Source of the DNA: Trichlorobacter lovleyi SZ
Lineage (GTDB): Bacteria; Desulfobacterota; Desulfuromonadia; Geobacterales; Pseudopelobacteraceae
DNA length: 32,000 bases
Direction: 5' to 3'
Assembly: GCF_000020385.1 (NCBI RefSeq)
Contig: NC_010814.1
Coordinates: forward strand, 2,280,001 to 2,312,000
The notes below the pieces were generated by a model, which saw only the letters and a list, made by a program, of their open reading frames with translations, was not told the origin of the DNA and did not search any database. The stretch's first letter is position 1. The number at the start of each line of letters is the position of its first letter. A program made the position numbers and the translations under genes. Positions 26,941 to 32,000 of this stretch are shown here, in pieces.

Positions 26941-26958
26941 TTGCAAAAAAAATGCCGC
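26941..26958 (-). promoter_or_regulatory. Candidate sigma-54 (-24/-12) promoter for the dsbG-like/pilY1/minor-pilin operon
   Basis: The minus strand reads cGGCA-TTTTTTTT-GCAaa. GG (26956/26955) and GC (26944/26943) have the exact consensus spacing of TGGCACG-N4-TTGCW, and the -12 element reads TTGCA. The predicted TSS is ~30 nt upstream of ATG 26901. Caveat: the same T8 follows a 5-bp hairpin (TGCCG/CGGCA) and could instead be a weak terminator for the upstream regulator gene. Confidence 0.4.
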
Positions 26959-27019
26959 CCTTGTACGGCAGCATAACAGACTGTATTCATGGAATTTTTC
27001 AACAATCAAAAACACGACC

Positions 27020-27076
27020 ATGCAGATATTGCATAGTGAGCTGTGGGTTATTGCCAGACAACACCGCAATTTTTGC
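27020..27076 (-). promoter_or_regulatory. Candidate enhancer (UAS) palindromes for a sigma-54 activator
   Basis: ATGCA-N5-TGCAT at 27020-27034 and ATTGC-N11-GCAAT at 27050-27070, followed by TTTTGC. They sit roughly -90 to -140 relative to the putative -12 element, the usual distance for bacterial enhancer-binding proteins. Confidence 0.25.
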
Positions 27077-27132
27077 AGAGTTCAACACCATCTTCAGTAC
27101 GCCTGAATCAGCGTACCGTACATGCCGGCAGG

Positions 27133-28494
27133 TTACTCAAGGGCATATTCCTTCAACTTGTACAGCAGGGCTCGATGGCTGATTTCAAGCATCTTTGCCG
27201 CATGGGTACGATTCCCTCCGGTCCGTTCAAGAGCCTTGCGGATCAGCTCAATTTCCATGTTCCGCTCCGCCTGTTTGATAGACAGATTTTCACCCGGACA
27301 GACCTTGATCTCAGACTCACCGGCGATCCCATCAAGCAGGCAGTGTTCAGCCAGCTGGTCGCCATCACACAGCACCAGTGCACGTTCAATCACGTTTTCA
27401 AGTTCCCGCACATTGCCGGGCCACTGGTATGCCATCAGACGCCGCAGTGCTTCGGGTTCTACTTTAGGTGCTGTTTCACGACCGATTCGCGCCGCGCAAT
27501 CCCTGACCAGCAGTCGCACCAGTAACGGAATATCATCAATCCGTTCCCGCAGGGGCGGGATCTGGAGTAAAAAGACATTCAGGCGAAAATACAGATCTTC
27601 ACGGAAGCGTCCCGAGGCGACTTCGGCCTGCAGGTCACGGGCCGTGGCTGAAACAACCCGCACATCAACCAGGGATGAGGTCGTGGCGCCGATCCTGCGC
27701 ACTTCCCCCTCCTGCAGTACCCGCAGCAGCTTTACCTGCAGTGCAAGCGGCATCTCGCCGACTTCATCCAGGAACAGCGTACCGCCGTCTGCCTGCTCAA
27801 ACAGACCGGGCTTATCAGAACTGGCACCGGTAAAAGCACCTTTGGTGTGGCCGAACAGCTCTCCTTCGAGCAGGGTTTCAGGCAGGGCGCCGCAATTAAC
27901 TGCCACAAACGGCTTCGCGCTGCGACAGCCGCTTTTATGCACGGCACGTGCAACCAGTTCTTTTCCGGTGCCGGACTCACCCTGAATCAGCACCGTGGTC
28001 TTGAGATCGGCCACCCGCTGGATCTGATCATAGATTGCCAGCATGGAGGGATTCCTGCCCACCAGGCCATAAAACGAGCTTTTGCCGGCAACCTCGGCTC
28101 GCAGGGTACGATTCTCCTCCTTCAATCGCTCCCGTTCCTCCGCCTTTTTCAGGACAATCACAATTTCATCCCGCTTGAACGGTTTTGAGATAAAGTCGTA
28201 GGCCCCTTCCTGCATACAGGCCACCGCAGTGTCAACCGCTCCATAGGCGGTCATCATCACAATCGGAGCAGTAACGCCGCTGCTGACAGCCTGTCGCAGA
28301 AACTCCCTGCCATCCATCTCCGGCATACGGATATCGCACAGGATGTAGTCATAGGCATGACCTGACAGCTTGGCCAGCGCCTCTTCACCGCCGGCGGCGG
28401 TATCCGCATGGTAGCCCTGCTTGCGCAACATGACCGACAGCATGTGGCGCAGGTTCTCTTCATCATCAATAATCAGGATATGAGGTTGTTTCAT
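27133..28494 (-). CDS. Sigma-54-dependent two-component response regulator (NtrC family; PilR-like by context)
   Basis: 453 aa. Receiver domain (ILIIDDE..., [12 protein letters not shown]), AAA+ sigma-54 interaction domain ([14 protein letters not shown], ...[11 protein letters not shown]), and a C-terminal Fis-type HTH ([23 protein letters not shown]). Confidence 0.9.
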   Translation of the reverse strand: MKQPHILIIDDEENLRHMLSVMLRKQGYHADTAAGGEEALAKLSGHAYDYILCDIRMPEMDGREFLRQAVSSGVTAPIVMMTAYGAVDTAVACMQEGAYDFISKPFKRDEIVIVLKKAEERERLKEENRTLRAEVAGKSSFYGLVGRNPSMLAIYDQIQRVADLKTTVLIQGESGTGKELVARAVHKSGCRSAKPFVAVNCGALPETLLEGELFGHTKGAFTGASSDKPGLFEQADGGTLFLDEVGEMPLALQVKLLRVLQEGEVRRIGATTSSLVDVRVVSATARDLQAEVASGRFREDLYFRLNVFLLQIPPLRERIDDIPLLVRLLVRDCAARIGRETAPKVEPEALRRLMAYQWPGNVRELENVIERALVLCDGDQLAEHCLLDGIAGESEIKVCPGENLSIKQAERNMEIELIRKALERTGGNRTHAAKMLEISHRALLYKLKEYALE

Positions 28495-29987
28495 ACCACC
28501 TGACCCTTCGTATAGACCGGTACATGGATAGTGAAGCGGCTGCCCAGCCCGACCCTGCTCTGCACCGTAATCCGGCCACCAAAGCTCTCAATGATGCGGG
28601 CTGAAATTGCAAGCCCCAGACCGGTCCCTTTTCCCGGGCTCTTGGTGGTAAAGAACGGGTCAAACAGCTTGCCAAGATGCTCTGGTGCTATTCCCGTCCC
28701 CGTATCCCAGACCTCCAGCAGCAGTATCTTTTTATCAGCGCCCTGCTTGAGTGCCAGTTTGATTTCACCGCCCTGCGGCATGGCATCACTGGCATTGATC
28801 AGCAGGTTGATCAGCACCTGCTGCAGCTGGTGCGGGTCAAGGCTGGCCAGCGAGGAGGCAGGTTCCGTGGTCATGGTCAGCTTTATCCCCTTGAAAAAGC
28901 CCTGATGTTGCAGCAGCTCAACTGTGGCCTGCATGAGCAGAGAAAGGTCAACCGGTTCATGAACGGTCTGTTTTGGACGGGCATACTCAAGCAGCCCCTT
29001 TACGATCCGGTCAATCCGGCCGCAGCTATCCATAATCCTGGCGAGGTAGTCAGCATGGGCCGGGTTATGCTCCAGTTCTTGGGCCAGAATCTCTGCGTAG
29101 CCCATTACAGAGGCCAGCGGTGTGCCTATTTCATGGGCAGTACCGGCGGCCAGCAGCCCCACCGATGCCATTTTTTCTGAACGGATCGCCTCTTCCCGTG
29201 CCTGCTGCAGATCCCGGTTGACCTGTTCAAGGGCGGCAACATGGGAGGTGACCTCCTGCTGCTTTTGCTCCAGTGTGCTGGACATGGCGTTAAACGACTC
29301 TGCCAGCCGGGCCAGTTCCAGCGCACCGGTGACCGTCAGCTGATGCCCGTAGACACCACCGGTGATCTTCTCCGTGGCTGAAAGCAGGCGGTTAACCGGC
29401 GCCACCACAATCCTGGACAGAATAAAGGCCCCAAGCCCGAGCAACAGGATAAAATCAAGGGCAAAATAGGTCAGCAGCAGCTGTCTGGTGCGCTGAATGC
29501 GTCGCTGTTCATCCTGCAAGGAGAGAATCAGACCGGCCCTGCCAACCTGTTGGCCATTGCGGATGACCTGCATTGAACGGACCAGCGCTGCGCCGTCTGC
29601 TATGATCCTGCTTTCTTCCACCTGACGCCCCGGCAGGCTGAACGGGCGATACAGATCACTGCCTTCTCTGCCAACACTGTAAATAACCTTGCCCGACCTG
29701 TCTAAAAGGGTCAGGCGCTCAAATGAACGTTCTTCAGAAAGCTTGGCGGCATAGAGCGTTGCCGGAGCATCCAGCGGCAGCATGCCTTCCGGGAAACTGG
29801 GCAGCTGTTCAGGCAGCTGGTTGACAAAGGTGGCCAGCAGCATCCGGGCATGTTCGCCCTTCTGGGCGTACAGGTCATTTTCAGCGGTTTTGAAGGCAAG
29901 CAGGCTGAAGAGCAGCCAGGTAAGCACCAGCAGGCAGGCCAGTGAGGCAAGAATGGAAAACGTGAGGCTTAACCGGACCGTCCGCAT
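28491..29987 (-). CDS. Sensor histidine kinase (two TM segments, periplasmic sensor, HAMP, HisKA, HATPase_c)
   Basis: 498 aa. H-box AGTAHEIGTPL, N-box LINLLINASDAM, G-boxes DTGTGI and GKGTGLGLAI. ATGA overlap with the regulator gene. The topology (two TM segments plus a ~130-aa periplasmic loop) is not that of canonical six-TM PilS. Confidence 0.9.
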   Translation of the reverse strand: MRTVRLSLTFSILASLACLLVLTWLLFSLLAFKTAENDLYAQKGEHARMLLATFVNQLPEQLPSFPEGMLPLDAPATLYAAKLSEERSFERLTLLDRSGKVIYSVGREGSDLYRPFSLPGRQVEESRIIADGAALVRSMQVIRNGQQVGRAGLILSLQDEQRRIQRTRQLLLTYFALDFILLLGLGAFILSRIVVAPVNRLLSATEKITGGVYGHQLTVTGALELARLAESFNAMSSTLEQKQQEVTSHVAALEQVNRDLQQAREEAIRSEKMASVGLLAAGTAHEIGTPLASVMGYAEILAQELEHNPAHADYLARIMDSCGRIDRIVKGLLEYARPKQTVHEPVDLSLLMQATVELLQHQGFFKGIKLTMTTEPASSLASLDPHQLQQVLINLLINASDAMPQGGEIKLALKQGADKKILLLEVWDTGTGIAPEHLGKLFDPFFTTKSPGKGTGLGLAISARIIESFGGRITVQSRVGLGSRFTIHVPVYTKGQVV

Positions 29988-29990
29988 CGG

Positions 29991-30767
29991 TTATTTGCCC
30001 AGATGCAGATACCAGTTGATCAGCTGGGGGCCATAAAAGATGTAAAGCACAGCCCCCAGAGCCAGATAAGGACCGAACGGGATGGCCAGATGGCGTCCCT
30101 TGCGTTGCAGCGCCATGATCGAGAGGCCGGCCACGGTCCCCACCAGTGATGAGGTAAAGATGATAAACGGGACAGCCTTCAGTCCCAGAAAAGCCCCCAG
30201 CATGGCAAGCAACTTGGCATCTCCCCCGCCCATTCCCTCACGCCCGGTCAGCCAGAGATAACTGTAAAAAACCAGAGCCAGACTGCCCCAGCCGACAACA
30301 ATGCCCAGCAGGGAGGAAAGCCAACCCGGCTCAGGCAGGAAAAAAGAGGCCAGGAAACCAAGGCCGACACCCGGCAGCGAGATCTCATCTGGGATGATCT
30401 GATGATCAAAATCAATGAAGGTGACCACAATCAAAGCGGCAACAAGTAGGGAATAGATAAAGAAGGGGACGGTCAGACCGAAACGCAAAAACAGCAGCAG
30501 CAGCAGGCAGGCGGTAAGCAGCTCAACCAGGGGATAGCGGATCGAAAAGGCTGCCCCGCACCCCCGGCAGCGCCCCCGCAGCAGCAGCCAGCTGATGATC
30601 GGGACATTGTCAAACCAGCGTACGGCTGCACCGCAGGACATGCAGCGGGAACCGGGGCTGACAATTGACTGGTCAAGCGGCAGCCGGTAAATACAGACAT
30701 TCAGGAATGAGCCAATCACCGCTCCGAACAGAAACACCACCACCGCCAGGTACATAAGCGGAGGCAT
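29991..30767 (-). CDS. pilD: Prepilin peptidase / N-methyltransferase (A24 family)
   Basis: 258 aa. GSFLNVCIYRLP, the Cys-rich CMSCG...CRGCG motif, and the polytopic membrane segment with GGGDAKLLA containing the catalytic Asp. Confidence 0.93.
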   Translation of the reverse strand: MPPLMYLAVVVFLFGAVIGSFLNVCIYRLPLDQSIVSPGSRCMSCGAAVRWFDNVPIISWLLLRGRCRGCGAAFSIRYPLVELLTACLLLLLFLRFGLTVPFFIYSLLVAALIVVTFIDFDHQIIPDEISLPGVGLGFLASFFLPEPGWLSSLLGIVVGWGSLALVFYSYLWLTGREGMGGGDAKLLAMLGAFLGLKAVPFIIFTSSLVGTVAGLSIMALQRKGRHLAIPFGPYLALGAVLYIFYGPQLINWYLHLGK

Positions 30768-30769
30768 GG

Positions 30770-31036
30770 CTATTCTTCACCAAATCCATCAATGATCAAG
30801 GCGCCGATAGTCTGCATCGCCTCTGCCTCATCCGGCCCTTCTACGGTCAGACGGATCTTTGTGCCCTTTGAAGCAGCAAGCATCATGATCCCCATGATGC
30901 TCTTACCATTCACCTCAACCGATTCACGGGCTAATTTAACTTCTGACTGAAATTTGCTGGCAGTCTTGACAAACAGTGCCGATGCACGGGCATGCAGCCC
31001 CAGTTTATTAACGATCTCAAATTCTTGCTGTTGCAT
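30770..31036 (-). CDS. ptsH: Phosphocarrier protein HPr
   Basis: 88 aa. His15 in NKLGLHARA and Ser46 in NGKSIMG are both conserved. Confidence 0.93.
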   Translation of the reverse strand: MQQQEFEIVNKLGLHARASALFVKTASKFQSEVKLARESVEVNGKSIMGIMMLAASKGTKIRLTVEGPDEAEAMQTIGALIIDGFGEE

Positions 31037-31049
31037 GTAAGTACCTGTT

Positions 31050-31442
31050 CTATCTTAGAAATTCTCCAGCAACAATCACACTTTCACGGCCACAACGCAG
31101 CAATGAGGCACACAGTTCCTCCAGAGTCATGCGCTCGCGGCGGGAAAAGAAATCCACCATCATCGGCAGGTTAACGCCGGTCACCACCTCAACCCTGCCC
31201 TCCTGCAAAAATGACATGGCCGCATTGGACGGCGTGCCGCCAAACATGTCGGTCATGATGATCGCCCCATCGCTACCAACCTTTACCAGCGCTTCTGCAA
31301 TACGGGCAACAAGGCCGTCTGCAGGGTCATCAACGTGCAGTTCAACAGCCTCGCAGCAGTCATTACTGCCGGTTATCATGGTTGCCGCTGCAATCAATGA
31401 TGTGGCAAGTCCTGCATGGGTAACAACAACAAGTCCAATCAT
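31050..31442 (-). CDS. PTS EIIA component, mannose/fructose family
   Basis: 130 aa. MIGLVVVTHAGLA (phosphorylatable His near residue 9), ...DMFGGTPSN, and the size and pattern of EIIA-Man. Confidence 0.85.
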   Translation of the reverse strand: MIGLVVVTHAGLATSLIAAATMITGSNDCCEAVELHVDDPADGLVARIAEALVKVGSDGAIIMTDMFGGTPSNAAMSFLQEGRVEVVTGVNLPMMVDFFSRRERMTLEELCASLLRCGRESVIVAGEFLR

Positions 31443-31448
31443 GGCTTA

Positions 31449-32000
31449 CTATCCCTTCTCAATATCACGGTGACTGATACGCACCTTGAGGCCCAATGTC
31501 TCCAAACGGGCGGCAGTTGCCTCGGTAATGGCCACTGAGCGATGCCGTCCGCCGGTACAGCCGATGGCAATCGTCAGATAACTCTTCCCTTCGCGGCAAT
31601 AGGCCGGAATCAGGAACTGCAGCAGGTTAAAAAAGTGATCAAGGAACGCTGTGGTGTCCGGCTGTTCAAGCACGAACTGCCGTACCGCCGGTTCCTGACC
31701 GCTATAGGGGCGCAGCGCAGGAACAAAATGGGGGTTGGGCAAAAAGCGGACATCCATAACCAGACTGGCATCCAGCGGCACACCATAGCGGAAGCCGAAC
31801 GAGACCACTTCCACGGTAAAATTGCTGCTGCCCTGTTCACCCTTGATGGCACGGATCACCTGTTCCTTCAGCTGATGGACATTGAATTCGGAGGTATCGA
31901 TGATTAAGGTGGCATTCTGACGCAGGGCTGCCAGCCGCTCCCGCTCAATCCTGATCCCCTCCGGAACCGTACAGTGCTCGTCAGCCGGATGACGGCGGCG
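31449..32000 (-). CDS. rapZ: RNase adapter protein RapZ (YhbJ), C-terminal part; the 5' end lies off-window
   Basis: The frame stays open to nt 32000: ...RRRHPADEHCTVPEGIRIERERLAALRQNATLIIDTSEFNVHQLKEQVIRAI... The C-terminal domain reads SFGFRYGVPLDASLVMDVRFLPNPHFVPALRPYSG....AIGCTGGRHRSV. Confidence 0.88.
   Translation of the reverse strand, partial: RRRHPADEHCTVPEGIRIERERLAALRQNATLIIDTSEFNVHQLKEQVIRAIKGEQGSSNFTVEVVSFGFRYGVPLDASLVMDVRFLPNPHFVPALRPYSGQEPAVRQFVLEQPDTTAFLDHFFNLLQFLIPAYCREGKSYLTIAIGCTGGRHRSVAITEATAARLETLGLKVRISHRDIEKG

Noticed and set aside
26945-26970. TGCCG-N8-CGGCA hairpin plus T8 read as the Rho-independent terminator of the kinase/regulator transcript
   Set aside because: Not fully rejected. 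The stem is only 5 bp and lies about 165 nt past the regulator stop. The same bases give an exactly spaced sigma-54 -24/-12 element, so I list the promoter as primary and this as the alternative.
26902-27069. Upstream extension of the DsbC-like ORF (MRCCLAITHSS...), and similarly 26031-26060 for the small ORF, 16557-16598 for tyrA and 17630-17707 for pheA
   Set aside because: The extensions are Cys/Leu-rich junk lacking an SD. Internal ATGs have good SDs and give proper signal peptides or conserved N-termini.
26901-27182. Plus-strand ORFs of 60-93 aa in the regulator/dsbG-like intergenic region
   Set aside because: No SD, implausible Cys/Ser/Thr-rich sequence, and the region is better explained as regulatory DNA for the minus-strand operon.
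28491-29987. Naming the kinase PilS
   Set aside because: Canonical PilS has six TM helices and no large periplasmic domain. This protein has two TM segments, a periplasmic loop and a HAMP domain, so only the generic call is justified. For the same reason the regulator is called PilR-like by context only.
1-32000. Search for rRNA, tRNA, CRISPR arrays, IS elements, integrases, long DNA repeats and prophage genes
   Set aside because: None recognised. The intergenic regions are short (231 nt or less), show no cloverleaf-like or repeat-spacer structure, and no ORF has transposase or recombinase motifs. A computational repeat or tRNA scan was not possible here.

Overview
The window reads as a chromosomal segment from a Geobacteraceae/Desulfuromonadales-like genome. 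That placement is my inference from the protein sequences and from the pheA-tyrA-aroA-cmk-ispH-rpsA gene order; no search was run. It has four blocks. (1) nt 1-8400, + strand, is an accessory defence/toxin block. It holds a giant NACHT-like STAND P-loop NTPase that runs off the 5' edge (at least 1,863 codons in the window). Four compact modules follow: DUF4160/DUF2442, HicA/HicB, and a tricistronic class III Fic + zeta-toxin-like P-loop kinase + 65-aa ORF. (2) nt 8493-17629 is core housekeeping: htpG (+), a bidirectional terminator, then on the - strand a DUF309 gene, rpsA, ispH, cmk, aroA, prephenate dehydrogenase and chorismate mutase/prephenate dehydratase. (3) nt 17794-26901, - strand, is a type IV pilus tip/minor-pilin operon. 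In transcription order it encodes a DsbC/DsbG-like oxidoreductase, a small secreted ORF, a 1,686-aa PilY1-like adhesin (three Ig-like repeats + vWA + PilY1 C-terminal domain), FimT/GspH-like, PilV-like, PilW-like and PilX-like proteins. A candidate sigma-54 promoter with upstream palindromes precedes it. (4) nt 27133-32000, - strand, is a tightly packed string: rapZ (partial), PTS EIIA-Man, HPr, prepilin peptidase PilD, a sensor histidine kinase and an NtrC-type sigma-54 activator. I saw no rRNA, tRNA, CRISPR array, transposase or integrase. The best candidates for something new are the giant STAND protein with its unrecognisable ~1,450-aa C-terminal region, the Fic-zeta-small ORF operon, and the sigma-54-wired PilY1/DsbG-like operon. 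All calls rest on motif recognition by eye, without any homology search.
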